Positions 38,387-49,157 of a stretch of 64,000 nt of DNA are shown here, one piece after another. The stretch is from NCBI GenBank assembly GCA_963827685.1, contig CAWHBU010000002.1, positions 928,001 to 992,000 on the forward strand, written 5' to 3'. The DNA is from an uncultured delta proteobacterium (GTDB lineage: Bacteria; Desulfobacterota; BSN033; UBA1163). The notes under the pieces are model-generated. The model was given only the letters and a program-made list of their open reading frames with translations, made no database searches and had not been told where the DNA came from. The position numbers and the translations under genes are program-made. Each line of letters opens with the position of its first letter. Positions within the stretch are counted from its first letter, which is position 1.

Positions 38387-40112
38387 CCCTGGTTGGGAGT
38401 CCCATCCGTCTACCCGCAGCTTCCGCTTCGCGGCCAGCAACTGCTGCGGAGACAAGTAAGAGGTATCTTTTCTCAAAGTCAAAGCTTGCTTCGATCTGGA
38501 GATCTCTTCCCGCAGAGTGTGCGGCCTTATCTAACTGGAACGGAAGTGCATCTCTGTCGATCCAGTAAAACAGTGCTACTGCCTCATTGTGATCCTCTGT
38601 AAGCCGGGCGACAAGCATGTCTGGTGATGTGATTTCCTGCGCTGTCCGGTTCCGATAGAAACCGGCCGCTCCACGGAGTCCATCCGTTGGGTTGTAAAGT
38701 ACGATGTCCCGGCTACCCGCACGGCTAAGAGCTTCCGCCATGGGTCGGTGCATGCTACGCCTTGCCACATCAGCTTCTGCCATTGGCCCGGTAAACCAGA
38801 GGCTCCATCCCAGGGCAAAGAGGACAGCAATGCAGGCAGTGGTCCAACGCAGGTTATTGCGCCGAATAGACAATAAGCATCCCGCAACGGCAAGCACAAA
38901 AACAGCACTTGCTGTTGCCACGGAGAGAGCTGATCCTCCCCGGATACCCGTCATCCCCAGCATGCTGCAGGCGACAACGATAGCCGCCGTTGCCGTTATC
39001 CACGTGAGAATCTTGACCCTGCGCCCCGACAACGTCCATCCTCTCACGATGCTCCAAGCTACAAGAATCGCCAGCCCTGGGTGACCCGGCAAAAAATAGA
39101 CAGAAGCTTTGGCTACGGAAGCCGAGAGAATTGCTAACGGACCAAGATACAGGGAGAGGAAGAAGATTCCGGCTCGATTCTCCCATTCTTTTCGAGTCTT
39201 CCAGGCCATCCAGATAGCCAAAGGGAGGAAGATCGACCCAGGTGCGAATTCCGGCCAGATGTTGAGGAGGTAGAAGTAGATAGGCCCGCCGTGACTATCG
39301 TATCCGTGCATGAAGCGGCCGAAATGGTTCATGATGAAGAATTCCCGGACAAGGTGCGACGGAGCACTTAAGAGGAATGGGACGATCCATGTCAGGATTG
39401 GAACCAGAAAAGCAATGACCGGAAACGGTCGGAGAATGTGCCGAAGCTCACCGAACCGCCTGCTCAGGATAAGATAGAGAAGGAATCCTGAACCGAAGAT
39501 GGCCGGGCCGACAAACCCCTTGAAAAGGAAGCTTACTCCGAGTGAGAAGCCCGCTGCCGCGTAAGTCAGATGTTTTTTACGTGGTGTGTCGGCTTGGAGA
39601 GCGATCCAGGTGAAGAGGACAGTAAAGGCAATCGCGGCGGTCAGGGCATTGTCAAGGAGGACATTGTGTGCCGTCCGGCAGAACCGCTGGGAGAACGCCA
39701 GGAGGGCCGCTGCGAGAGCGCCTCCTTCGATCCCCAAGACGCGCCATCCGAGAAGGAAAACGGCAGTAAGGGATGCGAGAGCGAAAGCCGCCGCTACAAT
39801 ACGTGCAGCCGCGGCACTTGGACCGCCAGCAATTCGGTATGCCAAGGCTACTGCGGCAGGGAAACCAGATGGCTTTTCAACAAACGGAAGCCCCGCGAGG
39901 CGCGGCACGATATAGTCTCCTTCCTTGTACATCTCACGTGCAACCTCCGCCTCCCGAAGGTCATCAGGGGGCACAAGTTCGCGCCCTATCTGTCCAATCA
40001 GGATAACGATCGCGCCCGCCAGAAGAAAGAAGGCTACACGAACCCGCATTCCAACCGCTGAAGCCGGCGTTTCAAGCTCCTTTTTCCTCGTTATCTCCAT
40101 TATAGACGCCAT
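38361..40112 (-). CDS. ArnT/GT39-like membrane glycosyltransferase
   Basis: PDDLREAEVAREM, FVEKP, KGFVG, ~12 TM. Confidence 0.88.
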   Translation of the reverse strand: MASIMEITRKKELETPASAVGMRVRVAFFLLAGAIVILIGQIGRELVPPDDLREAEVAREMYKEGDYIVPRLAGLPFVEKPSGFPAAVALAYRIAGGPSAAAARIVAAAFALASLTAVFLLGWRVLGIEGGALAAALLAFSQRFCRTAHNVLLDNALTAAIAFTVLFTWIALQADTPRKKHLTYAAAGFSLGVSFLFKGFVGPAIFGSGFLLYLILSRRFGELRHILRPFPVIAFLVPILTWIVPFLLSAPSHLVREFFIMNHFGRFMHGYDSHGGPIYFYLLNIWPEFAPGSIFLPLAIWMAWKTRKEWENRAGIFFLSLYLGPLAILSASVAKASVYFLPGHPGLAILVAWSIVRGWTLSGRRVKILTWITATAAIVVACSMLGMTGIRGGSALSVATASAVFVLAVAGCLLSIRRNNLRWTTACIAVLFALGWSLWFTGPMAEADVARRSMHRPMAEALSRAGSRDIVLYNPTDGLRGAAGFYRNRTAQEITSPDMLVARLTEDHNEAVALFYWIDRDALPFQLDKAAHSAGRDLQIEASFDFEKRYLLLVSAAVAGREAEAAGRRMGLPTRVTFRGTHQ

Positions 40113-40642
40113 CTTATTATCAAGAGTATTATGCAAAGATTAAAATTAAGTTAAGATTTCTTAATTCTCTGGATTGAATTATTACTCGATTAAGTTTATC
40201 AATTACCGGTAGGAGGAAGGAAGTGTTCTCTGACTTGACGGTGTCTGCAAGGTGAGATCCTGACCTCCACACAAATCGATAGACATACTATTTCCCCTGA
40301 TCTTTCTTAGGATGGAGATCCCATGCGTGTCAATGAATTGTCGACATATTTGATGAAGAGAGGGATAAAAAATCGATCACCCGTTTTAATCTCTGCCGCC
40401 ACGGCCATCGCGGGCGCGATGGGAGATTCCTTGTCTTTGTCACCAACGGTAAGACGTTTGGGCCTATGAATTAAGCATCCCACCTACAAAGCTCCAGTTT
40501 TGTCAAACCGAAGCAACTGAGGATTATTGGTTAAAAGTGAGTACAGGAACCGAATTCAGTGGCGTGCGTCAGAGAGTCCTTCGCCATGGCGCCAATTCGT
40601 ATTCCCTCCGTATTTTATGCGAGATCATCCAGATATTTTTTA

Positions 40643-41431
40643 TTAACGTACTATCGTCATCATAATAACCAGGGCACCCAATATAAACCGATACCAGGCG
40701 AATGGTAAGAAATTCTTAGTCTGAACATATCGAAGCAAAAAGCCAATACTGACTATACCAGTAACACAAGAGACCAGCATACCTATCGTAAAGCTTACAG
40801 TGATCATAGACGAATTCGATATGACGTGCGGCAGTTTAACCATCGCAGCGCCGAAGATGATCGGAGTTGACAATAAGAACGAAAACCTGGCTGCTCCTTC
40901 TCTGGTCACCCCCATCAACAATCCTGCAGTCATAGTAATACCCGAACGCGAAACTCCCGGAATAATCGCCAGTGCTTGGGATATCCCAATGAATATACTT
41001 GTTCCAAAAGTGATATTGTTTATCTCCGTATTCTTAGCACTTCTACGATCCGCCCAATACAGAAGAATGCCCATCAATATCAACATCACGGCGATTAGAA
41101 TAGGGGATCTGAATATGGTCTCGGCTTTTTTTTCTAAGAGGAATCCTCCAATTGCTCCCGGCACACTGGCCGCAACCAAATACCAAAACAATCGGCCTTT
41201 TACGCTTCGAACATCTGTAAAGCCCCCTATAATCATTTGCCACCAGTCTTTCCAGAAATAGATTACCACCGCGACAAGCGTACCGATATGTAGGGCAACA
41301 TCGAAAGTAAGTCCAGGATCTGTCCACCTGAAAAACCAGGGAACCAGAACTAAATGTGCTGAACTCGATATGGGCAAGAACTCTCCCAAACCTTGAGCTA
41401 ATCCGAGTATTACTGCCTGCAATAGAGTCAA
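40643..41431 (-). CDS. uppP: Undecaprenyl-diphosphatase
   Basis: EFLPISSSAH, PGVSRSGIT, AARFSFLLS. Confidence 0.96.
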   Translation of the reverse strand: MTLLQAVILGLAQGLGEFLPISSSAHLVLVPWFFRWTDPGLTFDVALHIGTLVAVVIYFWKDWWQMIIGGFTDVRSVKGRLFWYLVAASVPGAIGGFLLEKKAETIFRSPILIAVMLILMGILLYWADRRSAKNTEINNITFGTSIFIGISQALAIIPGVSRSGITMTAGLLMGVTREGAARFSFLLSTPIIFGAAMVKLPHVISNSSMITVSFTIGMLVSCVTGIVSIGFLLRYVQTKNFLPFAWYRFILGALVIMMTIVR

Positions 41432-41559
41432 ATTCTACCTCCCAATTTAGGATTATCCAAAGAAATCCACTGAAGCTTTGTGAAAGGTGAAATCTCCAAC
41501 CAGCGACCCGCCGGAAAACTACTACGGTCGAAAGTTCTCTGCAGCGGCCTATCCAACAT

Positions 41560-42117
41560 TTAATAATCAATCCCGGGCTGCGGCTCAATCCCTTTGTTAT
41601 AGGCGTGCTTCACTTCCTTAATTTCACTCACTGTGTCCGCCAACTCAATCACCCGAGGGTGGGCGTCCCGTCCCGTCAAAACGAGATGCATCAAAGGGGG
41701 TTTGCGTCGAATGATTTCTAAAACCTGTTCCAAATCCCCTAATCGAAGATGCAGAGCATTGTTGATTTCATCCAATATGAGGATATCGTGCTAACCTGAT
41801 TCCATCTTCTGATGCGTTAATTGGATTGCCCCCTGAGCATTCATTCTGTGTTCCTTATAAGGATACGGGTTTCCCTGAATACCGCAGAATCCTTTCCCAG
41901 TGGGAATCAGCTCCACCTCGCAACCCATCTTCTTCACTCCATCCCATTCGCCTGCATAGATATCACCCTTCATGAACTGGATGATACAGACCCTCATGTT
42001 GTGGCCGCATGCCCGAACCGCAATACCGAGGGCGGTTGTCGTCTTTCCTTTGCCATGACCAGTAATCACAACGACAAGTCCTTTCCTTTCTTTGGGAATC
42101 AATCGAGTTATTTCCAC
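41560..42117 (-). pseudogene. cobO: Cob(I)alamin adenosyltransferase interrupted by in-frame TAG at 41791-41793
   Basis: TGHGKGKTTTALG, IQFMKG, then ESG*HDILILDEIN, LTGR, GIDY all in one frame. Confidence 0.85.
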
Positions 42118-42259
42118 GACCCTAACCTCCTTCAATAATAATATCACATTTTTCCAAATGCTTTCACTCAATTAATTAACAAAGGAAGCGTTGTCTGACC
42201 TGACGGTGTCTGTCACGCATAATTCTGACTTCTACACAAATCAATGCGCATAATATCAA

Positions 42260-42655
42260 GTGATTGGGGGTATCGCCTCTATCCTCTATGGAGTGCCAAG
42301 AGTTACCTTTGATTTAGATATCCTCATCGAACCCACCCCAGACAATGCACAACGGTTACTTGATTCACTCCTGGGTGCCGGGCTCGGGACTGCCTCTCTA
42401 ACGAATGCTAAAGAACTTCTTTCTAATGAGATCACTGTTTTTAAGGACTGGGTACGCATTGATGTCCAGACAGTCACTCCACGACTAAATTTCCAAGAGG
42501 CATGGGAACGGCGAGAAACGATGACCTTTCAAGGCCAGATATTTCACGTGCTTTCAAAAAAAGATTTGATCTCGTCCGAAAGAGCATCAGGCCGTGATGT
42601 TGATCTTGAAGATGTAAGGTTGCTTGAGCTGCCAGAAACCAAAGAAGAATTATAA
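42260..42655 (+). CDS. Nucleotidyltransferase-like protein, probably 5'-truncated
   Basis: IGGIA..YGVPR.T.DLDI and GRDVDLED; no RBS/N-terminal helix before the IGG motif. Confidence 0.7.
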   Translation: MIGGIASILYGVPRVTFDLDILIEPTPDNAQRLLDSLLGAGLGTASLTNAKELLSNEITVFKDWVRIDVQTVTPRLNFQEAWERRETMTFQGQIFHVLSKKDLISSERASGRDVDLEDVRLLELPETKEEL

Positions 42656-42911
42656 CCAAAAAAGTGAAACAGCAGGGTTTGGGTGTCTTGAATCTTCTCA
42701 CTATTCGACGCTCCCCTACCCTGACAGGCCTACCCTACCGGACGCACCTTTATCCAAACCACCGGTTACTCTCAGGAACAGGTAGTCCGTACTTTGTTCT
42801 AAAAAATGTAGCTGCCTGTTTAGAGAAAATAAGTAATAGAATTCGACAATGTCTCCGGGACGTTCGATGCTATTAACACGGGTCCACCATTTCAAGACTA
42901 AACGTATTGTT

Positions 42912-43409
42912 CTATGAACGTATGTTATGCTTTGCCAGCCAATCGCGCACAGCATGACCGGTTCCGAATGGCCACGGCTTCAATTTATCTACGGGAATCC
43001 ATTTGATTTCCGCTAATTCATCTCCCAACTTAATTTCCCCAGCAATAGAGAGTTGATAGGCGATAATCAATTGGTTCTTTTCAAAAAAAGAATAAATGCC
43101 TACCAATTCCATAATCTCGGAATCAAGCCCCAGTTCCTCCTTCACTTCTCTCTTGACGGCCGTTTCCGGTGTCTCCCCTTTTTCCAGAAATCCTGTGATG
43201 AGTCCGAATACCTTTTCAGGCCATTCTTTATTCCGCGCAAGAAGGACTTTGCCGTCCCTTTCGATGATGGCCGCAACGACCGGCAAAGGATTGTCCCAGA
43301 ACACATAACCGCAGTTATTCGATATACAGCAAAGGAGATCCTTCCCGTTCACAGTGTTCTTCGTTAAACACTCTCCACACAATGGACAATATTTAAATTC
43401 AGTCATCAC
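42912..43409 (-). CDS. NUDIX hydrolase with N-terminal zinc ribbon (NudC-like)
   Basis: YCPLCG; GFLEKGETPETAVKREVKEELG Nudix box. Confidence 0.92.
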   Translation of the reverse strand: MMTEFKYCPLCGECLTKNTVNGKDLLCCISNNCGYVFWDNPLPVVAAIIERDGKVLLARNKEWPEKVFGLITGFLEKGETPETAVKREVKEELGLDSEIMELVGIYSFFEKNQLIIAYQLSIAGEIKLGDELAEIKWIPVDKLKPWPFGTGHAVRDWLAKHNIRS

Positions 43410-43625
43410 ATCCTCATCTTAAAAAAAGTGATTTACACTGGAAAATAAAAAGAGGAAATAACGTCGTTCGATTGGTAAAATCTTCCTACAACCCCATTTT
43501 CCAAAAGGCAAAATTAAAAGTCTCCTTTAATCAAGTGAAATTCAGCGGGATCTTTACAATCCTGCTTAATGCCCCTTTGACGAGGCTCCAAATCTCACTG
43601 ATATCTCATTGTCTCGGTTGTTTTC

Positions 43626-44891
43626 CTAAAACGCTCTCCCTTTCCCCGGTATCCATTTCCCGGTCTTTGGGTCCAACTCGACACAGACAGGGATGTGGCA
43701 GACGCCAAGGTGGGCATGGCAGTTGTTCGTGCAATCCTGAGCAGTCTCGTACTTCTGCTGATCGCATCTGCAAAGCCAACGACACTTCGCCTCGGCCTTT
43801 TTCAGGAGAACGCGTAGTAGCTGTATTTCCTGCCCGTAGGCTGCAAGCTCTTCTTTTGCCTCACCCCACACGGTGAGGAGGAGGACTTTTTTTGTCCGCA
43901 ATCGTTCAAGACATCTCGAGGCGTGATACGTTTCATGGATATAGGCATATTCTGACAGTTCCTTGCACGGCACCGCCTGATCCATAGATTTTTTGCTTGC
44001 TTCGTCTATTTTGCACGACAATGGATCGGTATGAATTTCCAGAACCCCGGAGCCCGCAAATTTACAGTTGTCCTTGACATCTGATTCGATTTGAGAGGGT
44101 ATCTTTGCAAGGATATCGCTCCACAATGTCTTCTTATCGTCATCGTTGGCCTGAATAGCCTCTAGTCTGTCCTCCTGACTTGGCAGTTCTCCCAGATCGA
44201 TATAGTCAGTCCCCTGCTTCTCGATGTTGCCCCAGTTCCTCTCAGCTGCTACCTTCTTAATTGCCTGGATGATGGCCTCTTTCTCTTTGATAAGGCTTTT
44301 GATGCACTTAACGTACTTGCATTGCTCACAACTCTCCTTCGCATCCTGGCCGCCACCCGACGCTCCTGGCTTATCAGGCTTTCCTTCGCCCGTAGTGTCT
44401 TTTTTAGAATCACTTTTCGCGGGTGGCGTGGCAGCCTTCTTCGTAGAAGTCGTGAGTGCTTGACTTTTGGAGCTGAATTGCTGCCGGTCGCATGCGGGGT
44501 CTTTCTTAAGCCAGGTCGAGCTGCCGGGGCCGGGGCTTCCGCTCAGGGCCTTGAAGGGCAAAACCAGCGTGCAGCCGTCAAACTGGAGCGGCTGGTTATC
44601 CGCTCACCACTCCATTTCCTTGAAGCGCACCGTGATGCGGTTGTTGCCGATCGAGTAGTTGCCGCTATCTTCGACCGTCTCGCCCGGTTGGGTTGCAAGC
44701 AAACGCAGAGACCCTTTCTTCGAGCCTTCGAAAGTAAGCGTTACCGTTGCAGCGGACTTGGGCTTCGTGCCATCAGAGTCGCCGATGAGTGTATAGCTGC
44801 CCGCAATTTCCGGGACAGATGCCAATGCCGACCCGGCCACCAACAGGATGACCACCATTGTTAACCATACTATGTGTTTTCTGGTATCCAT
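43626..44891 (-). pseudogene. Secreted Cys-rich protein with HExxH motif, split by in-frame TGA at 44604-44606
   Basis: RBS GGAGGAGG, signal peptide; ...KEMEW*ADNQPLQFDGCTLVLPFKAL... continues in frame into ORF 43626-44561 containing IHETYH. Confidence 0.7.
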
Positions 44892-45235
44892 TTCGACCCT
44901 CCTCCTCCGAAATTCCAGCATAATATATCGCAGACCTTTTACTATTACCACTAAAAGCTCGATTGAAAGAGAGTGCCTTATCAATGAAACGGCACGTGGG
45001 TTCTAAAACATTTTAATAAGCTGTGGGTAGTTGCTGAGTTCTATCACTATTTTTTCTAAACATCGAAGTATATTTCTTAGGTTAAAGGGAAAGGAGGGCA
45101 AAGACATCATTGTTTCAGATAACATTATCTCTCCCCATGTCCATTCAGTGCAGAGAATATGCCCCAATCAAATTCATGTCAAGATTGAAATATGACGAAA
45201 TCGCGGATGTCGGGTTCGATGTGGCGAGGGCCTAC

Positions 45236-46794
45236 CTACGGCAATAGCATCTCGATCAGATGGGGCCCTGGTTCGGCAAGGGCCTTGCTCAGTTCCCGCC
45301 CAAGATCTTCTGCTGTGCTGACCATAACCCCTGGAATCCCAAACCCTTGAGCAATTTTTACCCAATCGATCGGAGGGTTTTTCAGTTCTGTCAGTGCCTG
45401 AGTATTAGGGCCATCGGACGTAATACCTGCACGTTTTAGCTCTATCTGCAGAATCCGGTAGCTCCGGTTGGAGCAGATCAGGGTGGTAACGTTTAACCCT
45501 TCACGGGCCTGCGTCCACAGGGCCTGTATCGTGTACATGGCGCTCCCATCTCCCTGCAAATCGATCACCGGTCGGTCAGGACAGGCGATTGCAGCACCGG
45601 TCGCGCAGGGAATGCCTTGCCCGAGCGCCCCGCCCGCCAGCGTCATAAGGCTGTAGGGGAGCAGCCAAGCAGGCGGAGCGAAATAAAGAAATCCCGTTGT
45701 GCCGGATTCATCGACAATGATGGCATTCTCCGGCTGAATTGCCGCTATCACGAGAGAGGCCTTGTCGGCCGTCAGCTTGCCATCCGGTATTGCTGCCTGC
45801 TGCCGTCCCGCGAAGAAATTGTCGTCAATAGTGAGGTGCGAAGGGGCCCCAGAGCATCGGCGAGATATTCGAGCGCCTCCACAACATTCTGCCGATCCGT
45901 GCACAGAGTGATTCTCTCTTGCTCATCAGCCAAAATCTTACTCGTAAAACCAGGGTACCCAAAGAAGGCAACCGGTTCCGGAGCTCCCGCGAATACTACT
46001 ACCTCATAGCGCGAAATCATGGCAGTCGCCTGCTTCGGAAAATAAGGGAGCCGTTCCACGATTGGCAATCCCGAACCACGCTCCATGTATCCGGGAAACG
46101 TTTTGGTCAGAAGATCACATCCGATCTTCTTTTGGATGCGTCCGGCTGCATCCAGGCCAGGCTTTCGCAACGCTCTCCCACCGAGCAGGAGTGCCATCTT
46201 GTGAGAGGTTCGCAATCGGGAGGCAGCCGCTTCAATGGTAGCGTGCTCGAGAGGATCAAAGGGTGCACCAGGTGTCTTCACTCTATAGTCATCACATTCG
46301 GCCAGTTGATAATCATGGGGCACGATCAGGGTGGCCACTTGACCCAGCCGAGTCGCACTAACAGCATCCGCAATATCCACCGCAATGTCGCGAGCCGACT
46401 TGCTCGTCCGCTGCCATCCTGAGACCGTCCTGGCCAGGCCCTCAATATCCATGGCGAGTGGAGGATCTGCATCCCGATGCCACGTTGCATGCTCGCCAAC
46501 CACGTTCAGCACGGGCGATTTGGCGCGCCGTGCATTATGTAGGTTGGAAATCCCATTGGCGAGACCAGGGCCCAGGTGTAGCAGCACCATTGCTGGTTTG
46601 TCCAGCATCCGTCCGTAACCATCGGCAGCACCGGTACAGACACCCTCGAAGAGACCCAGAAAAGCCTTGATACCGGGCGTTGTGTCGAGCGCCGTAACGA
46701 TCGGCAGTTCAGTGGTACCAGGATTCGCAAAACAGACCTCCACACCCGCCCCGATGGCAGCCTTTACAATCAGTTCAGCACCGTTCATGGTCAT
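45236..46794 (-). pseudogene. Acetolactate synthase large subunit-like TPP enzyme with frameshift near 45845-45850
   Basis: N-half FANPGTTE, GAADGYGR; C-half GDGSAMYT..N; frames join at GGGGCCCC (one base short). Confidence 0.85.
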
Positions 46795-46849
46795 CTCCCT
46801 TTATTAGGCGTAGATACTTACTCATTGAAATCTGAGAATTTATCTCCAA

Positions 46850-47005
46850 CATTTAGAACAATTTCCCTAAAGGCCTCCCCTCCCCACCGTGGGAGGGGAT
46901 CAAGGGGAGGGGGAACCAATCGATTTTGTCCACCCCCACCCTGACCCTCCCCCATCTAAGGGGGAGGGAATATACAGGGAAAATTTCAAATATCTTTGGT
47001 TAGAA
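46850..47005. repeat. REP/MITE-like palindromic element (CCCTCCCC/GGGGAGGG type)
   Basis: Paired CCCCTCCCC..GGGAGGGG hairpins, outer aatttccct/agggaaaatt; relatives at ~20240, ~23005, ~52800. Confidence 0.7.
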
Positions 47006-47128
47006 TTTCAATCATCGGGATCTCAGTCATTGTTTGGTTATTAGCCTGCCTGCCCTGTACCAGTACGGTTCAGGGCCTGGGCGTAGTCCCGCCTTGCGGG
47101 AGTGGAATTTGGTGCTTCTATTTCGGAT

Positions 47129-48100
47129 TTATAACCTATCGAGATCAACGTTATCTTCGCCCTTTGCAAACTCAATAAAGACATCCTCTAAATCTATCTG
47201 TCCTAAAGTGACTTTTTTGATCTGGGCACCTCCTTGGGAGAGCAAGGCGATGATGTTTCCCAATCTTCTCTCCCCATCATCCACAATGATTTCACAAAGG
47301 CCTCCAGAGATACCATAGTTAATGACCCCGTCGGCACGGAGCAATTCGTCTTCCAAAATCGTCCCTTTAAATTCAATCTTCACCGTATCTCCGATTCGGA
47401 CCATCCGTTTCAGGGCCTCTGCAGTCCCGGTGGTGAGGATCCTTCCCTCTTTCAAAAAAGCAATACGACCGCAGAGATATTCTGCCTCCTTCATATTGTG
47501 GGTGGTGAGGAGGACGGTCATTCCCCTTTTCCTATGAATTGAAAGAATCTCCTCTCGAATTCGGATGGAGACATCCGGATCGAGGCCGACCGTGGGTTCG
47601 TCGAGGAAAAGAACCTCTGGATCGTTCATAAGGGATTTCGCAAGGGAGAGTCGCTGTTTCATGCCGGTGGACAGCTCATCAAAAGGAATATTTCGGTGCT
47701 CTTTCAGCTTGAAAAGGTCGATCAATGTTTCAACCTTTTTCTCACGCTCCTTCCCCGTCAGTCCGTAAAGCATGCCGTAGTAGTGAAGGTTCTCCTTTAC
47801 GGTCAGGCTCCAGAGGAAGTTGGCATTTCCACTTACGATGTTCACTTTCTTCCTAATTTGACGGACGTCGTGGAGGCCATCCATACCCAAAATATAGACA
47901 TTGCCGCGATCAGGAAGGAGTAATGTGCAGAGAATCGACAAAAGAGTGGTCTTCCCTGCGCCATTGGGCCCGAGGATGCCGAAGATCTCCCTTTCTTCGA
48001 TCTGAAGGTCAACCCCTTTAAGAGCTTCCTTCTCTCGCTTCTTCCACCAACCTGATCGAAAGGTCTTGAATATTCCTTCTGCTTTAATTGCTAAAGACAT
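47129..48100 (-). CDS. ABC-2 type exporter ATP-binding protein (no permease adjacent)
   Basis: GPNGAGKTT, LSTGMKQR, LDEPTVGLD, LEDVF. Confidence 0.9.
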   Translation of the reverse strand: MSLAIKAEGIFKTFRSGWWKKREKEALKGVDLQIEEREIFGILGPNGAGKTTLLSILCTLLLPDRGNVYILGMDGLHDVRQIRKKVNIVSGNANFLWSLTVKENLHYYGMLYGLTGKEREKKVETLIDLFKLKEHRNIPFDELSTGMKQRLSLAKSLMNDPEVLFLDEPTVGLDPDVSIRIREEILSIHRKRGMTVLLTTHNMKEAEYLCGRIAFLKEGRILTTGTAEALKRMVRIGDTVKIEFKGTILEDELLRADGVINYGISGGLCEIIVDDGERRLGNIIALLSQGGAQIKKVTLGQIDLEDVFIEFAKGEDNVDLDRL

Positions 48101-48158
48101 TATGCGTCCCCGTGATTCGTGTCTGTGGTGTCCGTAAATCCAAAATCGTGTGAGAAAT

Positions 48159-48218
48159 GTAGCGTCGGCATTTACTGCCGACGAATTCTCTTTCGCCCCC
48201 ATTAAATGGGGGCGCTAC
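48159..48218. repeat. GTAG-type REP doublet (REPIN)
   Basis: GTAG-CGTCGGCA..TGCCGACG and inverted GTAG-CGCCCCCA..TGGGGGCG. Confidence 0.75.
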
Positions 48219-48326
48219 AGAATCTTACTTCGTGTTTTCACTCCGCAATCCGCATTCCCTGCCTGCGCGAAGCCGCTTCGGCGAAGGCAGGCGAATTCCG
48301 CAATAGAAAAAAGTAGTCATTCCCCC

Positions 48327-48764
48327 TCACTCTGGCATTGTCCATAGAAACAAGCCGGTCGTCTCATCAAAATCCCTCTGTAACATTGGCCCGTCAAAGA
48401 CTTCCAGCATGAACTCACATGCAAAAACCACCGTTCCCGATGCGAGATGGCCTCCATAGGCATTTCCTCTCTTGTCCGTCAGTGTGATGTGTGCATGGAC
48501 AAAGGGACTGTTATCCTTGAGTGAGACATTGCCTACGAGCTTAGTGATTTCAAGCGGCTGATCTATTACAAAGAATTGATACTCATGCGTTTCCTGGTTG
48601 TAGAATGCAAGGCGGGCCCTCTGAACTGCACCCAGCGCCTCGAAACGCGCAAGCTGGATATTTTCCCTTAGGCAAATATCAGTCATCTCTTCCAGCAAGT
48701 CACCCCCGTGACTTAGTTTTCCAATGAATACTTCCTTTGGTTTGATCTTCTTCATAATTGCCAT
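48327..48764 (-). CDS. PPC domain (DUF296) protein
   Basis: GDLLE, ALGAV, GNVS, HAHITL, GGHL. Confidence 0.9.
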   Translation of the reverse strand: MAIMKKIKPKEVFIGKLSHGGDLLEEMTDICLRENIQLARFEALGAVQRARLAFYNQETHEYQFFVIDQPLEITKLVGNVSLKDNSPFVHAHITLTDKRGNAYGGHLASGTVVFACEFMLEVFDGPMLQRDFDETTGLFLWTMPE

Positions 48765-48920
48765 ATCTGTCTCCGCTTTCTATTTTATGCGGACATTATT
48801 TTACATGCTGTTTTCTATACTTTCGTAAAATTATGCCCCAAAGTCAAGGCCCAAAGCCAAGGATTGATTCATAGAAAGTATTATGGTAGTATTTATTCAT
48901 ACCAGGAAAGGAGGTCCAAA

Positions 48921-49157
48921 ATGGGAATGGCGGTTAAGAAGACGATATCTCTTCCACCAGACCTCGCAAGAGAGGTTGAAGAAATAGCTCGTGAAGAAAA
49001 GAAACCCGTTAGCGCGGTCATTCAAGATGCTCTTAGATCTGCGAGAAAGGAAAGACTCAAAGAGGAATTCTATCAGATTCAGAATTATTGGAGTCGCAAG
49101 GCAAAAGAGAAAGGGGTTCTCACTGAAAAAGACCTCGAAAGATATCTGAAACCATGA
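48921..49157 (+). CDS. CopG/RHH antitoxin
   Basis: KKTISLPPDL..EVEEIA, SAVIQDALR; ATGA overlap with PIN gene. Confidence 0.85.
   Translation: MGMAVKKTISLPPDLAREVEEIAREEKKPVSAVIQDALRSARKERLKEEFYQIQNYWSRKAKEKGVLTEKDLERYLKP

Noticed and set aside
41494-41558. Integron attC-like segment between cobO and uppP
   Set aside because: No RYYYAAC...GTTRRRY pairing in the required orientation and no integron integrase nearby.
42243-42270. dif/XerC-like half site (AATGCGCATAA; similar at ~48785 on the minus strand)
   Set aside because: No XerD-type TTATGTTAAAT half at the 6 bp spacing.
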